Of a stretch of DNA of 64,000 bases, positions 1 through 13,340 are shown piece after piece. The stretch is from Hypanus sabinus (taxonomy: Eukaryota), in contig NC_082710.1 of NCBI RefSeq assembly GCF_030144855.1, positions 153,016,001 through 153,080,000 of the forward strand. The letters are read 5' to 3'. The number at the start of each line of letters is the position of its first letter. Position 1 is the first letter of the stretch. The position numbers and the translations under genes were made by a program. The notes beneath the pieces are model-generated. The model was given only the letters and a program-made list of their open reading frames with translations, did not search any database and was not told where the DNA came from.

Positions 1-610
1 CAGCTGCACTCAAACGATGCTTCTTTATGGCAGTGGGTTCCCATTTCTGAAGCTCACCAATCGGCCGTTTTCGATATCTCCAGGACTGGCTCGAAAGACG
101 TGCGGCTTCGGGGTATGACCTCAAGTGGCCCCTGTGGACTCAATTCCTTGCTGGTGTCAACAACTGAAGCATCGCAGGAGAACAACTGATGGAACATCGT
201 GACAGCAGGTGCAGCTGTCGGAGGCCTCTGCATTGCCTGTGTCTCTCGTTGGAGAAACTTGGAATAAAAGCAACAGTGCAGATTGTAACATTGTAACAGT
301 GAGTTGTTTGTTCATCTCCCATCTCTCTATGGAAAGGGTGCCATCTCTCTTTCTCTCTTGTAAGTGAGAAAGAGAGGGTCTGTGCCATGTCATATTGTTG
401 GGAGAACAATGGCTTTTGTTGGACTGCATATCACGGTCTCACTTTGGGGGCTTGTTATTGCTTGCTTGGCAGGTGGTGGGCATTGATGTTTCCTGCTGTA
501 ACAAGTGGGGCAAGGGGAAGAGAGGAGGGTTGATGTTTTGTTGCTGCATGTGCATGGGGGGGTCTTTGGGCTTCTATCATTTTTATGTTATTCATACTTT
601 GGGGTTTTCT

Positions 611-748
611 TGTTTCATGGATGTTGGTGAACAGTAAGCATTTCAGGCTGTATACTGTATACATTCTCTGATATTAAATGAGCCATTTATTTTTTTTAAA
701 AAAAAGCCTCACTGCTGACGGTGCAGCTCACCAAGGTACGACAATCCT
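611..748 (+). repeat. Direct repeat A (LINE 3' end plus unique sequence), left copy
   Basis: tgtttcatgga...ctgatattaaatg...gtgcagctcaccaaggtacgacaatcct recurs at 2855-2989. Confidence 0.85.
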
Positions 749-2620
749 GTTGGGAAAAATATCTACCTACAGCTTTTTGCTTTCTCACACTGAAGCTTCG
801 AAGCTAAAACCTCAAAATCCCCACTTCAACTATCCACTCAAATGATGGCTACTCCACTTGCTCCTGCCTTCATTTAATTTGTTCTTGCCAATCAATGCTG
901 ATCGCTGATTGGCCGTTGCTCAAAACACCAAACTGCCACGTGTCAGTGATTCATATACTCAATTGGCAAACATAAGAGAGCTACATCTGCTCAGGCTCCT
1001 ATCTCTGCTGGAAATATTCGAGATCACTCAGTACATGTGGAGAAAGAAAAAATGTTTAGTTTCAGCAGAGCTGAAGTAGCAGAGAAAAGTTAGGGAGAAA
1101 GATAAAGCATACGAAGCAGCTCGCTCCGACGACAGTTTGTATCTGTTCACTGACTGTGCAAAGCTCCTCTTCAGTATCCTACAACTTTTACCTGCCCATC
1201 CACAGTTCATGGCCCCACTGACAGTGTAGTACTCCCCCCCCCCCCCGTATCTGAGGGTGGCACACTACCACCACCATTTGAACCACACCACAGTCTCAGA
1301 TTAGACATTGCTTAGCACTTAATGATTATATTACTAGGGGCAGAGCTACTGATCCTTGAATCTCACACCGACAATTGGTTAAAAAGCTTGACGGAACTTC
1401 TGTGCTTTGATCTCCGGTAGGAAAGAAAATGAGAGGGGGAACACTCGGGCAAAGAGTGATAAAATATAGTATATAAGACCATAGATATAGGAACAGAATT
1501 AGCCTATTTTGCCCTTCTGTACTGCTCCATCATCAAATCATGGCTGTTTATTTTCTGAACTCTATTCACCCTTCTTCTACCCAATACCTTTCACCCCTTT
1601 ACCAATCAAGGACCTATCAATCTCTGCCTAAAATACCTAAACAATGTTGCTTTCACAACCCTTAGTGGAAACAAATTCAACTGATTCAGGCTGAAAAAGT
1701 TCCTCCTCATTCCAATATTAAAAAGAAGTCCCTTCATTCAGAAGTGTGCCCTCAGATCTTAAACTCTCCTGCTGATAAAAATATCCTCCCCATGTTCACT
1801 CATTCCAGACCTTTCAGTGCCCAGTAGATTTCAATGAGATATCCGGCCTTCCACCCATCCTTCTGAATTTCCTTACAAGCCAGTTGAGATCAAGCACTCC
1901 TCATTTATTAAGGAGAGAATAAAGAATGTAAGGGATCAGGAAGAAAAGGCAAGAGCAGGTGTTCAGAATTGGTTTTGAACCCAAGTAATGTAATCATTAA
2001 GTACTAAGGAAGGTCTAATCTGAGACTGTGACTGTGACTGAGACTGTGGTGTGGTCAAAGGGAGGGTGGTGGGGAGAGTACTACACTGTCAGTGGGGCCA
2101 TGAACTGCAGAGCGGCAGGGAAAATTTGTGGGGTACTGAAAGAGGAGCATTGCACAGTCAGTGGACAGATACAATCTGTCGTCAGGGCAAGGTGCTTTGT
2201 TAGCTCTGGGGGATGCAATAAAGAAATAGCACTCCATCAGCAATCAGTTGCAACACATTGGCAGGGTGTAGTTCAGCGGAACACTGTATGTGTTTTTCAA
2301 AATTAGAATAGTTTGTAAGTTCATTATATACTACAGGTACTACATTAAGTGAGAAGTGTAGGGAACAGTCGCTTCAAATAGGTAAAGAGGGGCCGCATCC
2401 TCATACACACCATATACTTGTGATATATGGTCTCTTTCAGCCCACAGAAGTGACAAGCAGCTCGGAAACCTATTACAGAGTTCTCTGTGTCAACATTGGG
2501 ATATTGCTTTGTGATCATGGTTCCTCACAGTAGATGGAAAACTTCATGGTCTTTGGGCTCTTGTTAGTGGTGGAAGGTAGTGCTATTGTTCTAGAGGAAG
2601 AGGGTGAGCACACACAGTGA
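748..2620 (+). repeat. More diverged partial third copy of the duplicated unit
   Basis: Colinear with about 11799-13468 and 34007-35667, with visibly more mismatches and indels than those two copies have with each other. Confidence 0.9.
1112..1338 (-). repeat. Inverted copy of the about 1982-2205 segment inserted into the third copy
   Basis: Reverse complement of about 1982-2205 and of 12840-13050; absent at the homologous site in copies 1 and 2 (gataaagcatagtatggacagagctact). Confidence 0.85.
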
Positions 2621-2854
2621 CAGCAATCTAAACACCTCCTAAACGTGTTTACTACCCTGATCTAGAACCTGGCCTTTAAAGTACATCCACTAATGGCTCA
2701 TTTCCCCATGATCATTTTCCAGTTTATTTCACATCAATGAGGACCATAGGGCAAATCTTTCCAATTTTGTTATGATTCCCAGAGATTCCTTCTTAAGTTT
2801 TTATTTCCCCTCCAACCCGGCAGATTACTTTTGGTCTCAGCCTTCTTGTGCTCC

Positions 2855-2989
2855 TGTTTCATGGATTTTGGTGACGAGTAAGAATTTCAGGTTGTACACT
2901 GTATACATTCTCTGATATTAAATGGGCTCTTTATTTTTTAAAGAAAGCTTACCTGCTAACTGTGCAGCTCACCAAGGTACGACAATCCT
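2855..2989 (+). repeat. Direct repeat A, right copy
   Basis: Matches 611-748. Confidence 0.85.
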
Positions 2990-3448
2990 TTACCATGGCT
3001 CCCCTCACCATACAGTGCTGAGCTGATACTTCCCAGCCAACAGCAGTTCTTTCACACTGTATGAAACTGAGCTCATTCTCTTTTAACTCACTTTCCTTGC
3101 ATATTCTAATTTTATCATTCTACTTCTTCTTTCCTCATAATGTGATTCATGCTATAATACATTTCTTATTTTTGGTTGCTCCTCTTTGTTTGCTATTTTG
3201 GGTGTTTTTGAACAGGGCACCTGCAGATAATGAATTCAGTTGAACTGAATATGGCTGGACTCTCTTCAATTTTATGTTTTATATTCTGTGTTTTTTACTT
3301 GTTTTTTGTTGCTGTTTCTACATGGAGGGAGGTGTTGATGTTTTTTTTGAACAGGTTGCATGGTTTTCTTTGTTTTATGGTTGTCTGTGGAGAAGACAAA
3401 TCTTAGGGACATATACTTAAGCTTTGATCATAAAAGCTCTTTGAATCT

Positions 3449-6400
3449 TGTATTAACTTTCTTCTTTATAATAAGAATTAGTCTATAGGTAACTGCTATA
3501 AATATTGGCAATATGGATAAGATTATTAATTTTGTTTCTTGGAATACTAATAGTTTAAATCATCTGATCAAACAGAGAAAAATATTCAAAGTATTCCACA
3601 GAATGAATGCTAATATTATCTTTCTACAAGAGACTCATGTGAGGAAGGTGGATAGTCAATGTTTTTTTAGGCCTTGAAAACGCCAACAGTATCATTTGAA
3701 TTCCCAAGCCAAAGTAAGAGGTGTTTCCATTTTTATAGATTCTTCAACCTATTTTATACACTATGAAACAATTTCAGACCTACATGGTAGATTTTTGCTT
3801 CTCACTGGTTCACTTTTTAATCAAAAAGTTCTTTTAGTTAATGTCTATGCTCCAAATACTGACTGTAGTGATTTTTTTAAGGTTTTATTTACATCCTTTC
3901 CTAATTTAAATGAGTACATGTTGATAATCGGTGGGGATTTTAACTGTTGCTTAAATCCTTCAATGGATTGATCTAAGTCCACCCAGGTCCTTCCGAATAA
4001 ATCAGCCTCTCTTATTAACTCCTTTATGGTCGATTCTGTAATTTCTGAAATTTGGCAATTCTTACACCCCAACGATAAAGAATTTTCATACTTTTCTCAT
4101 GTTTATCATAATTATTCAAGAAGTGACTACTTCTTTATTGATCATCGTTTACTTACAGCTGTTATTGATTTGTACGTATGATTCCATTACCATTTCTGAC
4201 CATGCACTTTTGAAGTTATCTGTTAAGGCAATGGATTCATCTTCTAATGCTAAATCTTGGAGGTTCAACTCCACTTTACTTCAGGACTCAGACTTTCTTA
4301 ACCTCATTAAACAACAAATTGATTTGTTTTTTTTCAACAAATTCTACAGAAGAGATCTCTAGTGGAATATTATGGGACACTTTTAAAGCATTTATTCGTG
4401 GACAGATTATTTCGTATTCTGCTGGAGTTAGGAAACGAACTAATACTGAAATACTAACATTGGTCGATAAAATCTTATTATGATGCCTCCATTTCTCTAA
4501 TTCTTAAAGATAAAGACCCTACTGAATGTGCATCCTATCTGCCTATATCCTTGCAAAATATGGATTCTAAGAGTTTTACCAAAATTTTGGCCACTAAATT
4601 AGAAAATATATTACCTCAAATTATCTCTGAAGACCAGACCGGATTTATTAGAAACCATTATTCATTTTTAACATCAGAAAATTAATTAATATAATTTATA
4701 CTCCTTCATCTAAAATACAGAATGTAATTTCCTTAGATGCTGAAAAAGCGATTGCTAGAGTTGAATGGCCATATTTATCTAATACATTACAGAATTTTAA
4801 TTTTAGTTTGAAAGTTATATCAAGGATTAAATTCATATATTATAAACCTTTGGCTTTGGTTCTTACCAATAATCAGAGATTTCCTTTTTTTTTCAGTTAT
4901 CCCGCGGTACGAGGCAAGGCTCGTCCTCTATTACTTGACATTGCTTTGGAACCTTTAGCCATTGCCATTCGTGAATCACCTAATATTTTTGGCATTACCC
5001 ATAGGGAAGGGACTTATAAGTTATCATTATATGCTGATGATTTGTTACTATACATATCTGACCCTGAGAGAACTATTCCTGCTATTTCATCCTTGCTTGC
5101 TCAGTTTAGAAGCTTTTCTGGCTACAAACTGAATTTTCATAAGAGTGAACTATTTCCATTAAATATGCAAGTTCCGATTTATAAACACTTACCATTTAAA
5201 GTTGTTACAGATCATTTTACTTATTTGGGTATTAAAATTACCAAGAAACATAAGGATTTATTTAAAGTTAATTTTTTACCTTTAATTGACCAAATCATGC
5301 AACTTGTTACCAGGCGGTCCCCATTATCTTTGTCATTGGTTGGTCGAATTAATGCTATTAAGATGATAGTATTACCCAAATTTTTATATTTATTCTAAAC
5401 ATTACCAATTTTTAACCCTAAATCTTTATTTGATATTATTGATTCCAAATATCCTCATATGTGTGGCAGAATAAAATTCCTAGATTAAGTAAAGAATATT
5501 TACAGAAGCCTAAGAAAGAAGATGGTTTGGCTTTGCCAAACCAGAGATTTTACTATTGGGCAGTTAATATTCGATATTTAATATCTTGGACACAAGAATC
5601 GATTATAGCACCTTGCCCACAATGGGTAAATTTGGAATGTAAATCTGTACAAGACTTTTCATTGTTTTCTATTTTAAGATCTTTGCTTCCATTTGCTTTA
5701 TCTAAATTGAATAAACAAATAACTAATCCTATAGTTAAACATACATTACAAATATGGTTTCAATTTCATAAATACTTTGGCTTGAATAGGTTTATCTTAT
5801 CAAGCCCTATTATATCTAACTGTTTTTTTTCAGCCCTCTTTTATGGATCAAGCCTTTGTATTATGGAAAACGAAAGGTATAACATCTTATCGTGATCTAT
5901 TTTTAGATAACAGTTTTATGTCCTTTGAACAGCTATCTAATAAATATAATTTCCCTAAAACTCATTTTTAGATACTTGCAAATTAGAAATTTCTTGAATA
6001 ATATGTTAGTCTTTTTCGAAGTTATGTCCAATGGACATTACGGAAATTTTTTTTAGCTCTGAGTCCTTGCCAGAAGGGTTTAGTAGTCATCATTTATCAT
6101 ATGATCATGAAAATACAGCCAGAAGTATCAGAAAAAAATTTAGAAGGAGTGGGAAAAAGAACTTCATTGTCTGATACCCACTGAACAGTGGGAGAAAATT
6201 TTACAATTAGTCAATTCTTCTTCTCTTTGTGCTAAACATGCCCTAATACAATTTAAGGTTGTACATAGGGCTCATATGTCCAAGGATAAACTTGCTCAAT
6301 TTTATATTTATGTTAATCCAATCTGTGACAGATGTCATTCTGCTTCATTGACCCACATGTTTTGTTCTTGCCCTTGCTTGCAAAATTATTGGGAAGATAT

Positions 6401-7010
6401 TTTCGGTACTATTTCAACAGTTCTGAATATCAAATTGGAACCGCATCCTATTACTGCAATTTTCAGTTTACCAGTGGTGGATAATAGTTGTTTATCCCCC
6501 TCAGCCTGGTGGATGATTGCATTCATTACATTAATGGCTAGAAGATCTATCCTATTGAACTGGAAAGATATTAATCTTCCAGCGATACTTCAGTGGTTTT
6601 CTCAAACTATTTCTTGTTTGAGTTTAGAAAAAATTAGAAGTGTTGTGTTTGACCTTTCAGATAAATTTGAAGAAACTTAGAGGCCATTTATTCAACATTT
6701 TCATATGAGCTAAACTGACTTTTCCTAAACCGTACTCTTATTATCCTTAATTAATTGGATGGAGGTGCGGAGTTATTGACGCTACTGTGTATATTTGACA
6801 TAATGCAATGGCCCGTGTTGGTTAGGTTTTTTTTTCTTTTTTTTCTTATTTACTCTATTTTTGTAATTACTATGAGTTTGGGAGTTTATTATATATGGAT
6901 TATCATCTAATTGTATTTATACCTTAACCTATTAATTATGTACTCTTAAGCTCTTTGTATTCATGTTTCATTTATGTTTGTTTAAAATTAATAAAAAGAT
7001 TTAAAAAGAA
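3449..7010 (+). mobile_element. 5'-truncated L1-clade LINE (ORF2 endonuclease plus RT, degenerate, internally deleted)
   Basis: APE motifs (SWN, LQETH, LVNVYAPN, GGDFN, ISDHA); RT motifs (DQTGF, SLYADD, FTYLGI); C-terminal CDRC...H..C; A-rich tail; 11-bp TSD TCTTTGAATCT at 3438-3448 and 7011-7021. Confidence 0.93.
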
Positions 7011-8490
7011 TCTTTGAATCTGTTACAGTGCTGGATTTCTGCACTGACCATTTACAACCAGAGCTGTGGCTTGCTGATGTCATGTTACTTTCTGATTCAC
7101 AAAGAAGTATTTGACTGACTGTTCCTTCGCTTTCTGGTTTCAGAAAAAAGTGACCATGAATTTCTCATCTTGTGAGCCTCCATGTTGAAGAATCTTGGCC
7201 CAAAACTTTGACTGTTTATTTCCTTACATAGGTCCTGCTGTCAAGCTGAGTTTCTCCAGCTTTTTGTGTGTATATATCCATCTTTCAAGGCTTTTCCTCT
7301 GTGTTCAGCTCCTCGAGGTAAACACACACCCCACTTTGTCATTACATGCATCACCTTTCCGATCTCCATCCTCCTTTGTTCGACCATACCACCCTCACAA
7401 AACCTGAAGAATTATCACTTCTGTATATGACGCAAGCTACTGGCCCCTGTCCCTCAAGTAACTAGATCCCAAACTTCTTCCCTAAAACTCCTTGCTAATA
7501 CCCCACTATTCATTACAACCCTGTGTAATTTGACCTACTGTATGTCATCACTCTCTGTAGAGTCCTCGCATGCTTACCCAGGTACAAAGATCTAGATCTG
7601 TTCTGCACTGTGAGCACCAGACACTACCCCACACCATGGTGTCTCTTGCAGTTGGAGATTCCACAGGAGACTGTGTCCAAGCTTACTGATGGATCAGTCT
7701 TGAGATGGAGGCTGCCCTGGTTTGTGAGCTTAAGTTGTACATAGGCCAATGAACTTGATGTTCATAAACATTCCAAATCTCAGAATTTTGACAGTTTGGT
7801 GCCTAGCTGACTCATTATCCCAGGAAGTGAACTGGAGGTCCAGAGTATGGATAGTGTATGACAGCAAGACATAAGCGTGGGATCCGGCCTTTCAGCCCAT
7901 TGAGATTGCCATTCAGTTATGGTTGATTTATTTTCCCCCTCAAGTCCATTCTGCCTTCTCGCTATAACATTTAGTATACTCAAGGACTTCATCATCTCTG
8001 CTTTAAATATACCCAAGTTACTTGACCTCCACAGCTGTCCATGGGAATGTCTACAGCCAGAGTTTGGGGACCTGACTATGGACAACGTGTGTGGCTGGAG
8101 CCAAGGATGGAGTCTAGAACACCAGAGGGTGAACTATGAATTCTTTGCTTCACTTTTGCTTTGTTGCCAAGGTACTGTGCAGAAATACAAAATTAGTAGT
8201 GAGAAAAGGAATAACGACAGACTGTTTGCAGACCGTTAAGAAACTGAATCATGGAGAACCTGTTCCTGAATTGCTTAGTGAGGGTTTTCAGACTTCTTGA
8301 CATCATCATACTCTCTCCATTGCCAGCACATCCCATAATGTGGTCATCACCAAGTGTGGCCTAACCAATCTTGTAAAGTTGCAACATAATGTACCAACTT
8401 TTATATTCTGTGCCAAGACCCATGAAGGTAACCCTGTCATGTGCCTTCTTCATCAATCTATAGATCTATGCACCACTTTTAGAGAACTAT

Positions 8491-9690
8491 TGTAGGGTAA
8501 CCTAATTGGGAAAAATGTATATTATTCATGATTACTGACATTGAGTTGAGGTTTCGCTCTAAGAGGCTGGTCTGACACGATGATGTTACATAATGAATTT
8601 TAGTGCATTTTGGAGTTTAAAATGAGTGATGGGTTTCATTAAACATAAAATGCCTCACTTGGTTTTATTTGCAAAAGCCTACATTAGTGACCCCAATAAC
8701 CTGGAACGATTCCAGAGTTATCAAACATGTCAGGGAACACAATAGGTTGAATCTGCCAAAGTTTTGGGAGCAAAATACTGTCACTTTTTTCATGCGTGCT
8801 GAGGCCCAGTTCACTCTGCAAGAAATCACCACCGACGACACCAAATTTTACCATATGGTAGTATCACTCAGCATTTCTACGGATACGAGAGTGGTGAGTC
8901 TGCTTGAACATCCACCTGAACAAGATAACTACCAATTGCTGAAAAGTAACCTTTTACTGACTGTTGACTATCAGAGGCTGAACGTGCCAAACAATTGTTC
9001 ACCTTATCCAGTCCCCAAATGTGAGGATGCCCGCAACTGCGAAACAAACAATGATGGGTCTGTGCTTTTATCATGTTCACTTTAGTACAAACACAAAGAA
9101 GTGCTGGCTATTTTCTGCTTTGACAATTCCAGCACATTGGGACATCAGAGATCTGTGAACACTGTGAGCTTCAACTGCCAGGGTTGTCTGCTATTCATTA
9201 TGGACATCTATTCAAGGCGACACTTCCTCTGTGACACATGTGCACAAGAGTATGTGCCACCAACAACGCCTATTGATGAGAAGGCAAAGAGCTATGAAAT
9301 CTTGCTGGAGGTTGACCATGGCAGCAAGATCCAGACTTAAAAGACATGACAGATGACTTCAGCGGGTGATATTACACATGGGACTTTGTCCTGGCTAAAC
9401 TGGCCAGACCTCTGCTCAATGTTGATTTCCTGTGTGTCCAAGGAAATTTCCCTGAACACATTTGACAAACTCTATTCCATCCAGCTCTTTTACAGTATGG
9501 GAGTGTCAGTCAATATTTGGAAAGTTAAATTCACATATTACCACACCTTATGTTTCTTGCAACAGCGTGCAATCCCTCTACAAATTAGTTCCTGTAAAGC
9601 CTGCAGATCTTCTCCACTGCTGGGATGAAGCACAATGCAATCTCGAAGAGCAACATTTTATAATCAGCCTGGGTTGCTTATAACTCAATG
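8491..9690 (+). mobile_element. Degenerate Gypsy LTR retrotransposon 5' part (LTR, gag, protease fragments)
   Basis: TGTAGG...CCTACA LTR at 8491-8683; PBS-like ttagtgacccc; gag-like LPKFWEQN...AEAQF...DDTKFYH; protease-like FLCDTCAQ. No 3' LTR. The part from 8907 is duplicated at 22918-23860. Confidence 0.75.
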
Positions 9691-10139
9691 GCATGAATAT
9701 TTCACCCTCAACCTATTTTAACCCCGGTCCCCATATCCCTTTTTTTCATTCTTCTCCCTCTGACCTTCCAGTCCTCCCACTTTTTCCTCTTTCCCACACT
9801 CACCCTTAGCTTCCCACTCACCTCCATCCCGCCCCTCCTTTACTCATATATCGCCCTTCTTACCTCCCTCCATCAGATTTCTCATGTACTCACATTGTCC
9901 TCAACCATCTGTTTTTCTTTCCTCGTTCCTCTCTCTCTTTGTCATCCTCCATCTATAATTTACCTGCCACTGTCTCCCAACTGCAATTCCGCTCACCTTC
10001 CCTACCTGCCTATCATCTCATACCCTTTCTCAGCTGACCTGTTCCCTCGGGGTCCCTTTTCCAATGACAAATTTCTTTACTGAAACTGTTCTTCCTTTTC
10101 CAATGCATCACTTCACACTTACACCCATAACACCACTGA

Positions 10140-10500
10140 GCTACAGAGACAAGCCTGTCGTGGTTTGGAGGCTTGTGTGCCTCAACCATCTGGAGGACTA
10201 TGTTGTCTGGACTCAGGGGTTTATGTTTTGGTTCTTGGTAGGGTCACCATGCCAAATAGGTCAAAGGGTAGAGGACAGACAAAGGGTGGTCCACTGGTCC
10301 TCTAGGTTTGGGGTTCGGCTCTGGGCTAATATCCCTGACTGGTAAGACAAAATTGTTATGGAAACAGCAATTAAGAATCCTTCTGCTTCTGAGTGCGATG
10401 GTCCACCCAGGACTTCAATGACTGACAGTAGTGAAAACCGAGTAGAAGATACTGTCACGATGAAGGGAGCCATGAATACCGCCAGCAATGGAGAACCTTC
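10140..10500 (+). mobile_element. RTE-type LINE 5' fragment (second copy about 32360-32720)
   Basis: Recognised from memory: ggtcaaagggtagaggacagacaaag...tggtccactggtcctc...gttatggaaacagcaat motif. Confidence 0.45.
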
Positions 10501-11199
10501 ATTGCTGCCCTAAATGCAAGCAGTGTAACAGGCAGTAAGTATTCTCCTGAAGCCCCTCAGGTTTTCACAGTCATCCATGGATTAGGGGGAACTTACAACA
10601 GTCAGTGAAATCAAACAGGGAACATATTTGGGGCAGGGCAGGAAATTGGAACATCCAGGGGTTGCAGACTTTTCAGTGGAGACACAATGAGGAGAGAGGA
10701 AGTGGAAGGGTCTCACAAGATGCCTGCTGCAGAGAATTCAGACTTGCATGTTTTTCCTGTAAATCCCAGGTGTCCTAGTTTCCTCCCTCAACTCAGTAAC
10801 GTACAGGTTGGTGCATTAATTGGCAACTGTGACTTGCCCCTAGTGTGTGAGTGAGGGATACAATCTGGAGTTGAGGGAGAAGATGATAAGAATCTGGAGT
10901 GAATAAAATAACAACTTGCAGCAGCTAATTTACCTCCTGATCTGCCATGTTTTTGGAATGAGGGAGGAGCACCCGGCAGATACCCATGAAGTCACAGGAG
11001 AAACATGCAAACTGCACACGGATATCACCCAAAATCAGAACTGAACCTGCGTCTACCATTAAGCTGCAGGACTACCAGCTGCACTACTCTACTGGTACTG
11101 CCTTAACAGAATAATAACACATGGAAGCCCAATGATCCATAAATCTGATGCCCTCCCTCCTACTCCAAATCCTTAGCCACAACTGTATAATCTTCTTAT

Positions 11200-11900
11200 T
11201 TCTAGCCCCACTGGCAGGTGTTACATAGCAAATGTGAGATCACAACTTTGGAAGTCCTGCCCTTTAACTTGGCACCTAACTCCCTGAACTCCTTTCTACT
11301 TCTCTGACTAACAAATCCACTATCACCACAGCTCACATCATCTTCCCCATTCTCTTATGAATCACAGAGCCAAAGTTCCAGAGACATGACAGCTGTGACT
11401 TTCCTCAACCTAGTCATTCCCCCACCCCCTCCAAAACATCCAAATTGGTATTCCAGTTGTTGATGGAGATGGCCACAGGAGTACTCTGCACTGGCTGTTT
11501 AATCCCATTCCCTTCCTGATTGTCATCTAGTTTCCTGTGTCCTGTGCCTTTGGTGCAACTACGTCTCTGTATTTTCTATTATCACCCGCTCAGCTTTCCA
11601 AATGATCTGTTCATCCAGTTCCAGCCCCAGTTCGTTAACATGGATTGATAGAAGCTGCAGCTTGATGCACTTCTCATAGGTGTATTCATTAGGGATACTG
11701 GTGGTCTCCATGCCTTCCCACATCCTGCAAGAAGAGGATTTCACTATCCTGCCTGTCCTCCCTATTGTTTTAAATGTAAAAAAGGAAAGAACAATAAATT
11801 GTTGGTAAAAGTATCTACCTACAGCTCACTGAAACTTCGAAGCTAAAACCTCAAAATCTCCACCCTAATGATCCACTCAAACAATGGCTGCTCTACTTGC
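11200..11900 (-). mobile_element. Old CR1 5' end/ORF1 fragment (second copy about 33430-34110)
   Basis: ORF 11559-11744 SSCRMWE...YTYEKCIKLQLL is the CR1 ORF1 zinc-finger/coiled-coil start. Confidence 0.7.
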
Positions 11901-13189
11901 CCCTGCCTTCATTTAATTTGTTCTTGCAAATCAATGCTGTTGGCTGATTGGCCATTGTCCAAAACACCAAACCGCCACATGTCAATGCATTATATACTCA
12001 ATCGGCAAACTTAAGAGACCTACATCTTCTTAGGCTTCATAACTCTGCTGGAAATATTCAAGTTCGTTCAGTACCTGTGGAGAAAGAAAAGATGTTTTGT
12101 TTCAGTAGAGCTGAAATAGGAGAGAAAAGTTAGGGTTGGAAGGATAAAGCATAGTATGGACAGAGCTACTGATCCTTCAATCTCATGCTGACAATTGGTT
12201 AAAAAGCTTGATGGATCTTCTGTGCTTTGTTCTCCAGTGGCAAAGAAAATGAGAGGGGGAAGATTCAGGGAAAGTGTGAAAAACAAGAGAATATTGAGAG
12301 AGTGAAGAAGAATAGAGAGGATATAAGACCATAGGTACAGGAACAGAATTTGTCTATTTTGTCCTTCTGTTCGGCTCCATCATCAAATCATGGCTGATTA
12401 TTTTTGAACTCCATTCACCCTTCTTCTACACAAAAACCTTCACCCCTTTACCAATCGAGAACCTATCAATCTCTGCCTTAAATCCCCAAACAACTTTGCT
12501 TTCACAGCCCTTAGTGGAAACAAATTCAACAGATTCAGGCTGAAAAAATTCCTCCTCATTCCAGTATTAAAAAGAAGTCCCTGTATTCAGAGGTGTGCCC
12601 TCAGATCCTAGACTCTCCTGCTGATAAGAATATCCTCCCCGTGTTCACTCAATCCCGACCTTTCAGTGTCCAGCAGATTTCAATGAGATACCCCGCCTTC
12701 CACCCATCCTTCTGAATTTCCTTACAAGCCAATAGAGATCAAGCACTCCTCATTTATTAAGGAGAGAATAAAGAATGTAAGGGATCAGGAAGAAAAGGCA
12801 AGAGCAGGTGTTCAGAATTGGCTTTGAACTCAGATAATGTAATCTTTGAGTACTGAGGAAGGTCTAATCTGAGACTGTGGTGTGGTTAAACGGGGTTAGT
12901 AGTGTGACACCCTCAGATATGGGGAGAGTACTACACTGTCAGTGGGGCCATGCACTGTGGAGGAGCAGGTAAAAGTTGTGGGGTACTGCAGGAGGAGCAT
13001 TGCACAGTCAGTGGAGCGGATACCATCTGTCGTCTGGGAGAGGTGCTTTGTTAGCTCTGGGGAACGCAATGAAGAAATGGCACTCCATCAGCAGACAGTT
13101 GCAACACATTGGCAAGGTGTAGTTCAGAGGAACACTGTATGTGTTTTTCAAAATTAGAAAAGTAAGTTCATTATATACTACAAGTACCA

Positions 13190-13340
13190 CATTAAACAAG
13201 GAAAGTAGGGAATAGCCCCTTCAAATATGTAAACAGGGGCTGCATCCTCATACACACCTTATACTTGTGATACATGGTCTCTTACAGCCCACAGAAGTGA
13301 CAAGCAGCTCGGAAACCTATTACAGAGCTCTCTGTGTCAA
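13190..13340 (-). mobile_element. Decayed Tx1-type LINE 3' ORF2 fragment (copies about 2340-2480 and 35390-35540)
   Basis: Minus-strand reading RAACHFCGLKETIYHKYM matches the CxxC...ET..H motif at the Tx1/L1 ORF2 C-terminus. Confidence 0.55.

Noticed and set aside
3061-3243. Hydrophobic 60-aa ORF resembling a membrane protein
   Set aside because: Produced by T-rich low-complexity sequence; no splice or homology support.
7144-7175. Strong plus-strand acceptor followed by (E)KSDHEFLIL*
   Set aside because: Isolated; cannot be linked to any other exon.
12942-13199. Recurrent ORFs ending ...ATHWQGVVQRNTVCVFQN in three copies, and their antisense frames
   Set aside because: Frames shift between copies and no domain is recognisable; similarity reflects the duplication.
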